From the NCBI GenBank assembly GCA_044358425.1, contig CP054849.1, positions 416,073 to 476,283 on the forward strand: a stretch of 60,211 nucleotides of DNA, written 5' to 3'. The stretch comes from Marine Group I thaumarchaeote. GTDB lineage: Archaea; Thermoproteota; Nitrososphaeria; Nitrososphaerales; Nitrosopumilaceae. Of this stretch, positions 37,345 through 47,422 are shown one piece after another (the stretch's first letter is position 1; each line of letters starts with the position of its first letter). A program made the position numbers and the translations under genes. The notes beneath the pieces were generated by a model that was not told the origin of the DNA, searched no databases, and saw only the letters and a program-made list of their open reading frames with translations.

Positions 37345-38448
37345 TTGGCAGTAACAAAAAAAGTAACAAAAAAAGTAACAAAAAAAACTGCAGCTAAAAA
37401 AGTAACAAAAAAAGTAACAAAAAAAGTTACAGCCAAAAAAACAGTAGCAAAAAAAGTACCAACTAAATCTAAAAAAACTAAAGTAATTTGTATTTCACAT
37501 AAAGAAGATTGTGATGGAATAAGTTCTGCAGCCCTTATTCGACAAGCTTTTGGCGGTGATGCAATACTTGTAGATTACCCTGGTCAAATGGAAGCATTAA
37601 ACCAAGTTGTGTTGGATGAAAAATTAAAGTCATTATTTATTTGTGATTTGGGATTGAGTAAAAAAACTCAGGATGAATTTATTGATATTATGACAAGATT
37701 GAGAAAAAATAAAGTTTCAGTTACTTACATTGACCATCATGACATTGATCCAACTGTTGTTACTGCTTTGGAAAAAATCAAAGTTAAAGTTATTCATGAT
37801 ATCAATGAATGTACCACTGTTCAAGTTTACAATGCATACAAATCAAAATTAAATGATCATGCTTCTTTTGTTGCAACATGTGCTGCTATTACGGACTATA
37901 TGGAAGATAGACCTCTAGGTTCTAAATTACTTCAAATCTATGATAGGCAGTTTGCACTGATTAGCGCTACTGTGATGACTTACAATATTGTTGGACATCA
38001 AAGGGAACCAGATTATTTACAATATCTAGTTGAGGAATTAGCTGATTCAAAATTCCCTCATGATATTCCAAATACTTATGAATTTGCACAGATTCAGGTA
38101 GAGAAATTATCTCAAATGATTGCTAAAGTCAAAAAAGGTATGAAAACAATGACTAATCTTGGTCATATGGAAATTTTAGATTCTGGTGCCAGTGGTGCTG
38201 TTAATTTCGTCATGGGATTATCTGGAAAAGATGTTGGTGTTGCATACAAAGAACGAGTTGATCATGGGATTTATGCTGTTTCTGTAAGAGGTTCTAAAAA
38301 CTGTAAAGTTCATTTGGGAAAAATTGTTAATCTTTTGGCAACTAGTCTTGGTGGTTCTGGTGGTGGACATGATAAGGCATGTGGAGCTGTAGTTCCAAAA
38401 CCAAAAATTAAAAAATTCATAACTGAATTGAATAAAAAAGTAAAATAA
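37345..38448 (+). CDS. DHH/DHHA1 family phosphoesterase with a histone-H1-like Lys-rich N-terminus
   Basis: H.EDCDG, DLG, YIDHH, GGSGGGH; N-terminal KKVT repeats. Confidence 0.88.
   Translation: MAVTKKVTKKVTKKTAAKKVTKKVTKKVTAKKTVAKKVPTKSKKTKVICISHKEDCDGISSAALIRQAFGGDAILVDYPGQMEALNQVVLDEKLKSLFICDLGLSKKTQDEFIDIMTRLRKNKVSVTYIDHHDIDPTVVTALEKIKVKVIHDINECTTVQVYNAYKSKLNDHASFVATCAAITDYMEDRPLGSKLLQIYDRQFALISATVMTYNIVGHQREPDYLQYLVEELADSKFPHDIPNTYEFAQIQVEKLSQMIAKVKKGMKTMTNLGHMEILDSGASGAVNFVMGLSGKDVGVAYKERVDHGIYAVSVRGSKNCKVHLGKIVNLLATSLGGSGGGHDKACGAVVPKPKIKKFITELNKKVK
37350..37430 (+). repeat. 12-nt tandem repeats (AGTAACAAAAAA) encoding VTKK
   Basis: Directly visible, about 5-6 copies. Confidence 0.85.
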
Positions 38449-38467
38449 TATTTTAAACTAATTTTTT

Positions 38468-38923
38468 TTATTCTGAAAATTCAATTACTGCATCAATTTC
38501 TGTCATTGAATTTAGTGGTAGACATGCAACACCCATTGCAATTCTTGAATGTTTTCCCTTATCTCCAAAAATTTCAAAAAATAAATCTGAAGCTGCATTA
38601 ATCACTTTTGGGTGTTGATAAAACTCTGGGTCTGAATTTACGAATCCTGATAATCTGACAATTCTTGTCACTCTGTCTAAATTTCCTAACTCTCTTTTCA
38701 TTTGTGCTAATAGGTTTATGGCACACATTCTAGCTGATTTTTGAGCTGTTTCTAAATTGTCGTCAGAAACTTTTCCTGTAAATAGGACTTTGCCATCTTC
38801 CATTGGTATTTGACCTGAAATGAATAGTAAATTTCCTGTTTTAACTGCTGGAATATATGATCCTGCAGGTGTTGGTGGATTTGGTAATGTGATATCTAAT
38901 GATTTAATTTTCTCTTCAATCAA
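38468..38923 (-). CDS. RidA/YjgF family protein
   Basis: P.PAGSY, LLFISGQIP, VINAASDL, GKHSRIA.GV..LP. Confidence 0.9.
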   Translation of the reverse strand: MIEEKIKSLDITLPNPPTPAGSYIPAVKTGNLLFISGQIPMEDGKVLFTGKVSDDNLETAQKSARMCAINLLAQMKRELGNLDRVTRIVRLSGFVNSDPEFYQHPKVINAASDLFFEIFGDKGKHSRIAMGVACLPLNSMTEIDAVIEFSE

Positions 38924-38950
38924 TATTTTAAATGATTTCTGAGCCTGATT

Positions 38951-40111
38951 TTAGTTTTTACTTATTTTGATGTGAACTTTTTCCCCTTTATTGGAATTAT
39001 TTTGATAAACCGTTCTGGTTTTGTATCCTTGTTTTTGCAAATAACTGTCTAAAATTGAAACCCATGGTAATGAGTGTCCGCTATTTAATTTTGAATCTAT
39101 TGTGATATTCTTGGTATTTGCTTCAAAATTAACATGTCCTGAACAAGTAATCTGTATTACTGCATCTATGATCTCAATTACGTCATCTAGTGATTTTGTT
39201 TTTAGATTAATTCCATTTTTTTCTAATAACTTAATCATATCTAATTCTGGCTTTTTTGATAACATTGTAGAATTTAGAATATACGTCAAACCTGATTCAT
39301 TAATAATTTTAATAATTTTATAAATTTCATGAGCTTCTGTTTTTGTCATGTCTGCCACTACTTTGGTTTTAATTGAATTTTTCCAAATATTTGAAAATAC
39401 TTTTTCTTGATTAACTCCTAAAATTTCTGTTGAAGAAAATATTGCACACTTTCCATTGTCATTATTTATCATTAACAATTCCGTTTCATCAAAAATAAAA
39501 CAATTTTGAACAACATCTGATGTTTTAATTTCTACTCCGTCTGGTATTGTTCTATATGCTTCTGAACAAATTTGTGATGATGGTATGATTAATTTTACAT
39601 CTAGGTTTCTTCGAATAACTCCTACTAACTGTTCTTTGCATTCAGATAATAATCCTAACCCTCCTTGATCAGTCATTATTTTTATTGATGATTTTGATCC
39701 TTCAATCATTGTTTGAAGTTGACTTAACACCTTGTTAGCACTAATGTGGACATATCTTTTTTCTTCTGAACCTCTTGATTTTCTACTTTCTTCACTAGTT
39801 TTTTTTAAATTTGATACCAGTGTATTCATTGCATTAACTTTGTTAATTTGTTCATGAATTACATCATCAAAAGCATCTTCTGGAGAAATTGCAGTACACA
39901 TTATTGGTTTACTTTTTGAGATGATGACTAATTTCTTATTTTCTAATTTTAGTAATGTTGGGTAAACTTTAGTTCTGGGAATTTCTGAATAATATGATAA
40001 TTCACTAGCAGATATGGTGCCTTTAGAAATTAATGCTACATATGCCTGAGCTTCGTACTTGCTGAGCCCAAATTCTTCTAAACTGACTGTTAATACTTGC
40101 TCTTTTACCAT
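38951..40111 (-). CDS. TrmB family transcriptional regulator
   Basis: LEEFGLSKYEAQAYVAL..ASELS..SEIPRTKVYPTL..LE TrmB HTH followed by an effector-type domain. Confidence 0.88.
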   Translation of the reverse strand: MVKEQVLTVSLEEFGLSKYEAQAYVALISKGTISASELSYYSEIPRTKVYPTLLKLENKKLVIISKSKPIMCTAISPEDAFDDVIHEQINKVNAMNTLVSNLKKTSEESRKSRGSEEKRYVHISANKVLSQLQTMIEGSKSSIKIMTDQGGLGLLSECKEQLVGVIRRNLDVKLIIPSSQICSEAYRTIPDGVEIKTSDVVQNCFIFDETELLMINNDNGKCAIFSSTEILGVNQEKVFSNIWKNSIKTKVVADMTKTEAHEIYKIIKIINESGLTYILNSTMLSKKPELDMIKLLEKNGINLKTKSLDDVIEIIDAVIQITCSGHVNFEANTKNITIDSKLNSGHSLPWVSILDSYLQKQGYKTRTVYQNNSNKGEKVHIKISKN

Positions 40112-40186
40112 GTTTTTACTAGATTTGTTATTAGGTAAAATTGAGAGCTAAATTCCTTTACACAATTACTCAAAAAAAATCAAAAA

Positions 40187-40217
40187 TGTAACTGCCGATA
40201 GGTGTAACTGTGGTTAC
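40187..40217. promoter_or_regulatory. Candidate operator in the divergent TrmB / cdv intergenic region
   Basis: Direct repeat TGTAACTG at 40187 and 40203; palindrome GTAAC-N4-GTTAC at 40204-40217. Confidence 0.35.
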
Positions 40218-40268
40218 GAAAATTATTGTGACATCGTCCTCAAATACAAAATATCGCTTAACAATAGT

Positions 40269-40832
40269 ATGTTAGTAAATTATAGTCTAGATTCTATGGA
40301 ATCAGAAAATGCTTCTAATTCTGTAACTCTTGTTCCTAGATTGGATTATTCTGTTAATTTACTTACAGGTATTATTGAAACTCTTCAAGAAAAAAGAATT
40401 GAATTAAAAAATCTAAATGAATATCTTGTGACTGATTTTAACGAAAATGAAAAATCTCATATGCAAAGTGTTGAATTGGAACATCTTGTAGTCTATTCTT
40501 TGGAAATATTACTTAAAATTCAAAATCAAATTGGTTCTATATCTGGAATAACTAGTATTCCTGAAATCCTTCCATCTTCAATTCCTATGATACGAACAAT
40601 TAGTGCAAAATTATTTGTTATTTTCCCTACATCCAGTCAAAAATTATCTGAATTATCTGTTCACCTTGGTAGTATTGTTTTAGATGCTGCAACATTAACT
40701 AAAGCCCGTTTTGATTTTAGTAAATCTAATCATACTTCATCCATGTTACTGGATGAAGTAAAATTGATGGCTGACTCTAAATTAAATAAGCAGTATCCTC
40801 TTGTTGATTTTTTTAAATTATTCAATGTTTGA
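40269..40832 (+). CDS. Divergent ESCRT-III (CdvB-like) paralogue
   Basis: Helical; LE.L..IQ..IGSIS.I..I...LP.SIP.IR.IS..L..IFP.SSQ.LSELS..LG.IV matches the CdvB/Snf7 core pattern; two genes upstream of cdvC. Confidence 0.65.
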   Translation: MLVNYSLDSMESENASNSVTLVPRLDYSVNLLTGIIETLQEKRIELKNLNEYLVTDFNENEKSHMQSVELEHLVVYSLEILLKIQNQIGSISGITSIPEILPSSIPMIRTISAKLFVIFPTSSQKLSELSVHLGSIVLDAATLTKARFDFSKSNHTSSMLLDEVKLMADSKLNKQYPLVDFFKLFNV

Positions 40833-41323
40833 TTATGCTTAACACTAAACGTGATTTTTTCAAAGATATTGAACGAATACGTTCTCTTTCTACGGTAATC
40901 GACAAAAAATTATCTGAAGTAAAACCTTCTGATGAGGATAAAATTGATAAATTGACTTTGGAAGAGTTACAGGATTTGGAGAAAATTGCTGGAATTGCAG
41001 ATTTTATGCTCACAAAATATGCTGATAAAAAGGAAATGTGCTCAATTTTAAAGAATTTTACATCTGTAATTACTGAAACTACTGATTCTATGGGTGATTT
41101 GGATGATGAAATTTCTGAATTAATTCTATCAGCTGAAGATTCTATTAGTAAAGTAAAGGATTTACACGCTCATATTGATGATAAATCCAATTTTAAAAAA
41201 AAATATTCTGATGGTCCAGACTATGATCAGGCTCAAACAAGTTCAATTAATTTAACCAATTTTGTGACAGAGATTAACACAGTAGAATACCAACAAAAAT
41301 CTTCAGGACATAACACAAGGTAA
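40829..41323 (+). CDS. Helical, acidic hypothetical protein inside the cdv unit
   Basis: Overlaps the upstream stop and ends 5 nt before cdvC. Confidence 0.75.
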   Translation: MIMLNTKRDFFKDIERIRSLSTVIDKKLSEVKPSDEDKIDKLTLEELQDLEKIAGIADFMLTKYADKKEMCSILKNFTSVITETTDSMGDLDDEISELILSAEDSISKVKDLHAHIDDKSNFKKKYSDGPDYDQAQTSSINLTNFVTEINTVEYQQKSSGHNTR

Positions 41324-41328
41324 ATGAA

Positions 41329-42522
41329 ATGAGTCTCGCACCACAAGAATTAGAAAACACTGCAAGCAAATATGCTTCTGAAGCAATCAAATTTGATTCT
41401 CAGGGTGCACGTGGAATGGCAATTACTCATTACCAACACGCAATAGATTCTCTCGTAAAATTACTGCAATTATATCCTAATAGCAAATTAAATGATATTT
41501 ACAAAGAAAGATGTAATTCTTATCATAACAGAATAACTGCATTACAACAATCTCATGGTGTAGAACCAGCAGTTGACCCAAAGGCTTCTGAATCTGAACA
41601 AAAAGCTTCTGTAAAAAGACAAGAAAATGAAAATGATTTTGAAGACCTTGTAATGAAAGAAAAACCTGATGTTACTTGGGACCAAGTAATTGGATTAGAT
41701 GATGCCAAAAGTGCATTACGTGAATCAATCGTTTATCCTACAAAAAGACCAGATTTGTTTCCTCTTGGTTGGCCAAAAGGAATGTTATTGTATGGTCCAC
41801 CTGGAACTGGAAAAACAATGTTGGCAGCTGCAACTGCAAATGAAATGGATGGATATTTCATTAATGTTGATGCATCATCATTAATGAGTAAGTGGTTAGG
41901 TGAAGCAGAAAAGAATGTTTCAAAATTATTTGTTATGGCCAGACAATATGCTGAAAAAGAAGGCAAACCTGTTATCTTGTTTGTCGACGAAGTAGATTCC
42001 TTACTTGGTGCAAGAAATAGTGAAGTTGGTGGTGAGGTTAGAACAAAAAATCAATTCTTAACTGAAATGGATGGAGTAAATGGAAAAGGTAAGCAATTGA
42101 TGCTTTATGTCATTGGTGCAACTAACAAGCCTTGGAGTCTTGACGCACCATTTTTGAGAAGATTCCAAAAAAGAATTTATGTTAACCTTCCAACACAAGC
42201 AGCTCGAGAAAATCTCTTTGATCAATATACTGCAAAATTAAGTAAAACTTTTGATGTTAAAACTTCTGAATTGGCAAAATTATTTGATGGATATAGTGCA
42301 AGTGATATCAAAGATGTATGTCAAGCAGCACAAATTAAAACAGTTCACGAAATTTTTGACTCCCCTGATTACCATGAACCTATAGAAGGAGAAGAACCTG
42401 TTCAACCTAGGGATCTAAATACAGATGATTTCAAATCCATTATGGCACGAAGAAGACCTAGTGTTTCTGTTGAAATGATACGTGCATATCACAAATGGAG
42501 CGAAGAATTCCAAGCACTTTGA
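41329..42522 (+). CDS. cdvC: Vps4-like AAA+ ATPase CdvC
   Basis: N-terminal MIT domain (A..YA..AIKFD..G...AI..YQ.AI), GPPGTGKT, LMSKWLGEAEK, DEVD, ATNKPW, RRFQKRIYV. Confidence 0.92.
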   Translation: MSLAPQELENTASKYASEAIKFDSQGARGMAITHYQHAIDSLVKLLQLYPNSKLNDIYKERCNSYHNRITALQQSHGVEPAVDPKASESEQKASVKRQENENDFEDLVMKEKPDVTWDQVIGLDDAKSALRESIVYPTKRPDLFPLGWPKGMLLYGPPGTGKTMLAAATANEMDGYFINVDASSLMSKWLGEAEKNVSKLFVMARQYAEKEGKPVILFVDEVDSLLGARNSEVGGEVRTKNQFLTEMDGVNGKGKQLMLYVIGATNKPWSLDAPFLRRFQKRIYVNLPTQAARENLFDQYTAKLSKTFDVKTSELAKLFDGYSASDIKDVCQAAQIKTVHEIFDSPDYHEPIEGEEPVQPRDLNTDDFKSIMARRRPSVSVEMIRAYHKWSEEFQAL

Positions 42523-42613
42523 TTGTTTAAATCTCTATTTGCGATCATTTTTTAGATTTTATTTTTCACAAAAAACTTAAATTCACTTTAGTTCGGACTC
42601 AACGAGGGTCACA

Positions 42614-43765
42614 ATTACTACAAAGAAATCAAGTCACGCAAAAAAGTTTGGAAAGCTAATTTTTGATGATGGTACTGTAATTGACGGTGAAGGATTTGGT
42701 TATTCTACAACAACTTTTGGTGAAATAGTATTCAATACTGGAATGGTTGGATACACGGAAGCTTTGACAGATCCTTCGTATAATGGTCAATTACTCACTT
42801 TGACTTATCCTTTAGTTGGAAATTATGGTATTCCCGATCCTAAAATAACTGATGAAGATGGAATTTCAAAATACTTTGAATCTGACAAAATTCAGATTCG
42901 AGGATTAGTAGTTCATGAATTATCGTTAACTGCAAGTCATTGGAATCTTTCTATGACTTTGGATGAATGGATGTATAATGAAAAAGTTCCAGGTATTTCT
43001 GGAATTGATACACGTGCATTAACCATGAAACTTCGAAATAGTGGAGTAATGATGGCTGCATTAGTTGTGTCTGATTCGGAAATTGATGTTGAAGAAGTAA
43101 AAAATCAACTTGCTTCAGCAACTCATTATGATTCTGAACAATTTATGGATGAGGTATCTACTAAGGAAGAAAAAATCTATGGTGGTGAAGAGCAAACTGT
43201 TGTTATTGTTGACACTGGAGCAAAAAATGCAATTATACGTAACGTTCGTGAAATAGGATATAGAGCAATTTTAGTTCCTTGGAATACTCCTTATGAAAAA
43301 ATAATGTCTTACAATCCTGAAGGTGTTGTTCTAAGTAGTGGTCCTGGTGATCCACAAAAATGTCCTGATACAATTTCTGCAGTAAAAAAATTAATTGAAA
43401 ATAATGTTCCTACATTGGGTATTTGTTTAGGTGCACAAATAATTGGAATTGCTGGTAATACTGATACTTACAAATTAAAATATGGTCATCGAGGTCAAAA
43501 CAAACCTTGCATAAATCTTGATAATAATCAAGTCTATGTTACAAGCCAAAATCATGGATATGGCATAACTCCTGAATCTCTAGAAAAATCTGATTTTGAT
43601 TTATGGTTTAAGAATGCTGATGATAAAACTGTGGAAGGAATTAAACATAAAAACCAAAATTGTATTGCTGTACAATTTCATCCTGAAGCTGCACCTGGTC
43701 CAAACGATTGTAAATTTATTTTTGAGAAACTTAAAACTTTGATGGAGTCTAAAACAAATGCCTAA
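42614..43765 (+). CDS. carA: Carbamoyl-phosphate synthase small subunit (probable ATT start)
   Basis: GKLIFDDGT..G..FG..FGEIVFNTGMVGY.E.LTDPSY, GICLG, QFHPE; conserved N-terminus lies upstream of the track ATG at 42743; start position inferred. Confidence 0.93.
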   Translation: MTTKKSSHAKKFGKLIFDDGTVIDGEGFGYSTTTFGEIVFNTGMVGYTEALTDPSYNGQLLTLTYPLVGNYGIPDPKITDEDGISKYFESDKIQIRGLVVHELSLTASHWNLSMTLDEWMYNEKVPGISGIDTRALTMKLRNSGVMMAALVVSDSEIDVEEVKNQLASATHYDSEQFMDEVSTKEEKIYGGEEQTVVIVDTGAKNAIIRNVREIGYRAILVPWNTPYEKIMSYNPEGVVLSSGPGDPQKCPDTISAVKKLIENNVPTLGICLGAQIIGIAGNTDTYKLKYGHRGQNKPCINLDNNQVYVTSQNHGYGITPESLEKSDFDLWFKNADDKTVEGIKHKNQNCIAVQFHPEAAPGPNDCKFIFEKLKTLMESKTNA

Positions 43766-46700
43766 AAACGAATCCTTGAAAAAAATTCTTGTACTTGGTA
43801 GTGGTGCAATAAAAATTGGTGAAGCTGGAGAATTTGATTATTCTGGAAGTCAATGTCTAAAAGCAATTCGTGAAGATGGACTCAAAAGTGTTTTAATTAA
43901 TCCAAACATTGCAACAATTCAAACTGATACTAGATTTGCAGACCAAGTATATCTATTACCTGTAACTCCCAAGTATGTTGAATCTATTATAGAAAAAGAA
44001 AGACCTGATGGAATCATGTTGGCTTATGGTGGTCAGACTGCACTTAATTGTGGTGTCAATCTTGAAGATGCTGGAATTCTCAAAAAATATGGTGTTAATG
44101 TTCTTGGAACTCAAGTTCAGGGAATTAAAAATACTGAAGACAGACAGCTTTTCAAGGATCAAATGAAGGCTGCAGGAGTTCCTGTGCTCAAAAGTAAGAC
44201 TGTAACAAACTTTGATGATGCAAAAAAGGCTGCAGAAGAACTATGCTATCCTGTGATAATTCGTGTGGCTTACACGCTTGGTGGGCGTGGAGGTGGAATT
44301 GCACATAATGAAATTGAACTTCATGAAATTGTTGAACGTGGTGTTAAGGCCAGTCTTGTTGGCCAGGTATTAATTGAAGAATACATTGGACATTGGAAAC
44401 AAATCGAATATGAAGTCATGCAAGACTATGATGGGAATAATGTAATCGTATGTAATATGGAAAATGTTCTGTCTATGAAAGTTCATACTGGTGATAATAT
44501 TGTAGTTGCTCCTTCACAAACAATTGACAATCATGAATATCATGTGTTGCGTTCTGCAGCATTGCGTGCAACAAAACATGTTGGAATAGTTGGAGAATGT
44601 AACATACAGTATGCATTAGATTCTGATTCTGACAGATATGTTGCAATTGAAATTAATCCACGTCTTTCACGTTCATCAGCTCTTGCAAGTAAAGCAACTG
44701 GTTATCCACTTGCATACATGTCTGCAAAAATTGGATTGGGTTATAATTTATCTGAACTTGTAAATAGAATCACAAAAAGTACTACTGCTTGTTTTGAACC
44801 CTCTCTTGATTATGTTGTATGTAAGCATCCGCGATGGGACTTTTCTAAATTTGAACTTGTAAATCGTAAACTCGGAGTTACGATGAAATCTGTTGGTGAA
44901 GTTATGGCCGTTGGTAGAACCTTTGAGGAATCTTTACAAAAAGCAATCCGAATGCTTGACATTGGAAATGATGGACTTGTATTGAATCGTACAAATGGGA
45001 AAAAATACACTGAAGAGGAAATTGAATACAAACTTTCACACCATGATGATGAAATACTGTATAATGTTGCAATTGCACTAAAAATGGGAATTTCTGTAAA
45101 TAGAATTTACAAATTATCTGCAATTGATCCTTGGTTTATTGAAAAAATACAAAATATTGTAGACACTGAGGCCAAACTCCAAGAATCTGAACTTGATGAA
45201 TCTATGATGTGGGAAGCAAAGAAAATGGGGTTTTCCGACAAACAAATTGCCAAATCCAAGAACAAAGACCCTGATGAAATCCGTCAAACACGCAAGAAAT
45301 TGGGAGTAATTCCATCAGTAAAGCAGATTGATACATTAGCTGCAGAGTGGCCTGCTGTAACAAACTATCTGTACCTCACTTATGGTGGTAATTCTAATGA
45401 CATCTCAGTACCTGTAGATGAGAAAGGAATAATCGTTGTTGGGGCTGGTCCATATAGAATTGGAAGTAGTGTAGAATTTGATTGGGGTACGGTGAATATG
45501 GTATGGGGATTACAAGAAAATGGGGAGAAGCATGTTTCCGTAGTTAATTGTAATCCTGAAACTGTTTCAACAGATTATGATATTTGTACAAGATTGTACT
45601 TTGAAGAACTAACTCAAGAGCGTCTTCTTGATATTACTGAATTTGAAAATCCAAAAGGTGTGATTACTTGTGTTGGTGGGCAAACTGCAAATAATTTAAC
45701 TCCTGGTCTTGCACAACGTGGAATAAACATAATGGGAACTAGTGCAATAGATGTTGATAGAGCAGAAGACCGTTCTAAATTTAGTGCTGAACTTGATAAA
45801 CTGCACATACAACAACCAAAATGGCAAGCATTTTCAAATCTTAGTGAAGCAAAAAGTTTTGCTCAAGAAGTTGAATTCCCAGTAATAGTTAGACCTTCTT
45901 ACGTTTTGTCTGGAGCTGCAATGAAAGTTGTTTGGTCTCAAGATGAACTTAAAACATATGTGAAAGAAGCAACAGATGTTTCCCCTGATCATCCTGTTGT
46001 AATATCAAAATTCATGTTAAATTCACTTGAAGTTGATGTTGATGGAATTAGTAATGGAAAAGAGGTAGTAATTGGTGCAATAGTTGAACACATTGACTCA
46101 GCTGGTGTGCACTCTGGTGATGCAATGATGTGTATTCCTCCATGGAGATTAAACAACAAAATTATTGAAACAATTAATGATTATACTAAAAAAATTGCAT
46201 TAACATTTAATGTACGGGGACCGTTTAACTTGCAATTTTTAATACATGATGATCATGTTTATGTCATTGAACTGAACATCAGAGCTTCAAGGTCTATGCC
46301 ATTTGTCTCAAAACTGGTTAAAACAAACTTGATTTCATTAGCATCTAAGGCTATTTTGGACAAACCTTTGCCTAAAATCCCTGAAAACAAATGGCAAAAA
46401 ATTACTAACTATGGAATCAAAGTACCTCAATTTTCATTTATGCAATTAGATGGTGCAGATATTGCATTAGGTGTTGAAATGCAATCTACTGGTGAAGCTG
46501 CTTGTTTTGGTAATAGTTTCTATGATGCATTGTCAAAAGGTTTGACTTCCGTTGGATATAACCTACCTGACAAAGGAACTGCCCTTGTAACTGTTGGGGG
46601 CGCAACAAATAAAGAAAAACTTCTGCCTAGTATTGCAAAACTCAAACAGTTAGGATTCAAAATTTTAGCAACAGAACATACTGCTGAATTTTTTGAAGAA

Positions 46701-47000
46701 AAACTTGGTGATGTTGAAATTGTACACAAGATTTCAGAACCAGAAAGAAAACCAAACATATCTGATTTACTTTATGAGAAAAAGATAGACTTTATCATAA
46801 ATATTCCAAGTACTCTATCTTTGGAAAAATATGTGGGAATGCTTGATGATGAATATCAGATACGAAGAAAATCTTTGGAGTTGGGAATTCCTGTTTTGAC
46901 AACTCTTGAGTTGGCAGATTCTTTTGTTAAAACTTTGGAATGGCTTAAAGACAACAAACCTACAGTAGATCCAATTGCTCCTTACGACAAGTATGAATAA
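43758..47000 (+). CDS. carB: Carbamoyl-phosphate synthase large subunit
   Basis: LVLGSG.I.IG.AGEFDYSG, EINPRLSRSSALASKATGYP, RPSYVLSG, C-terminal MGS domain. Confidence 0.97.
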   Translation: MPKNESLKKILVLGSGAIKIGEAGEFDYSGSQCLKAIREDGLKSVLINPNIATIQTDTRFADQVYLLPVTPKYVESIIEKERPDGIMLAYGGQTALNCGVNLEDAGILKKYGVNVLGTQVQGIKNTEDRQLFKDQMKAAGVPVLKSKTVTNFDDAKKAAEELCYPVIIRVAYTLGGRGGGIAHNEIELHEIVERGVKASLVGQVLIEEYIGHWKQIEYEVMQDYDGNNVIVCNMENVLSMKVHTGDNIVVAPSQTIDNHEYHVLRSAALRATKHVGIVGECNIQYALDSDSDRYVAIEINPRLSRSSALASKATGYPLAYMSAKIGLGYNLSELVNRITKSTTACFEPSLDYVVCKHPRWDFSKFELVNRKLGVTMKSVGEVMAVGRTFEESLQKAIRMLDIGNDGLVLNRTNGKKYTEEEIEYKLSHHDDEILYNVAIALKMGISVNRIYKLSAIDPWFIEKIQNIVDTEAKLQESELDESMMWEAKKMGFSDKQIAKSKNKDPDEIRQTRKKLGVIPSVKQIDTLAAEWPAVTNYLYLTYGGNSNDISVPVDEKGIIVVGAGPYRIGSSVEFDWGTVNMVWGLQENGEKHVSVVNCNPETVSTDYDICTRLYFEELTQERLLDITEFENPKGVITCVGGQTANNLTPGLAQRGINIMGTSAIDVDRAEDRSKFSAELDKLHIQQPKWQAFSNLSEAKSFAQEVEFPVIVRPSYVLSGAAMKVVWSQDELKTYVKEATDVSPDHPVVISKFMLNSLEVDVDGISNGKEVVIGAIVEHIDSAGVHSGDAMMCIPPWRLNNKIIETINDYTKKIALTFNVRGPFNLQFLIHDDHVYVIELNIRASRSMPFVSKLVKTNLISLASKAILDKPLPKIPENKWQKITNYGIKVPQFSFMQLDGADIALGVEMQSTGEAACFGNSFYDALSKGLTSVGYNLPDKGTALVTVGGATNKEKLLPSIAKLKQLGFKILATEHTAEFFEEKLGDVEIVHKISEPERKPNISDLLYEKKIDFIINIPSTLSLEKYVGMLDDEYQIRRKSLELGIPVLTTLELADSFVKTLEWLKDNKPTVDPIAPYDKYE

Positions 47001-47068
47001 CTTTTTAAAATTTTAAGAAAGTTGTTTTTGAAATTTTTTAAAAGATCAAGGTTATACGAGTGTAACTT

Positions 47069-47383
47069 ATGAATAAATTATTGAATAAAGAACCTGATCG
47101 AATTGAACAATTAGTTTCTGAAAAACGTGTCAAATTACATCTTTTTGAGCCTAGTCAAAGAAAAATTTGGACAGTAGTGGGAAAGACTGAAGAACATTGG
47201 GTTGATCCTGATGGTTGTTTTTGTTCTTGTCCTGGATTTTATTTTGGTTCAATTAATGGTAAGACTTCTTGTTATCATTTGGACTCAATTCAATATGCAA
47301 AAAATCAAAATAAATTTGAAACAATTATTTTTTCTGATGATGAGTTTTCTAGTTTTTTAACTGGTTTGATTTCAGATTTATAA
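47069..47383 (+). CDS. SWIM zinc finger protein
   Basis: CSCPGF..SCYHL (CxC..CxH). Confidence 0.75.
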   Translation: MNKLLNKEPDRIEQLVSEKRVKLHLFEPSQRKIWTVVGKTEEHWVDPDGCFCSCPGFYFGSINGKTSCYHLDSIQYAKNQNKFETIIFSDDEFSSFLTGLISDL

Positions 47384-47422
47384 TTATTTATTATTAGAAT
47401 ATGTTATTAACTAGAAATTTAA

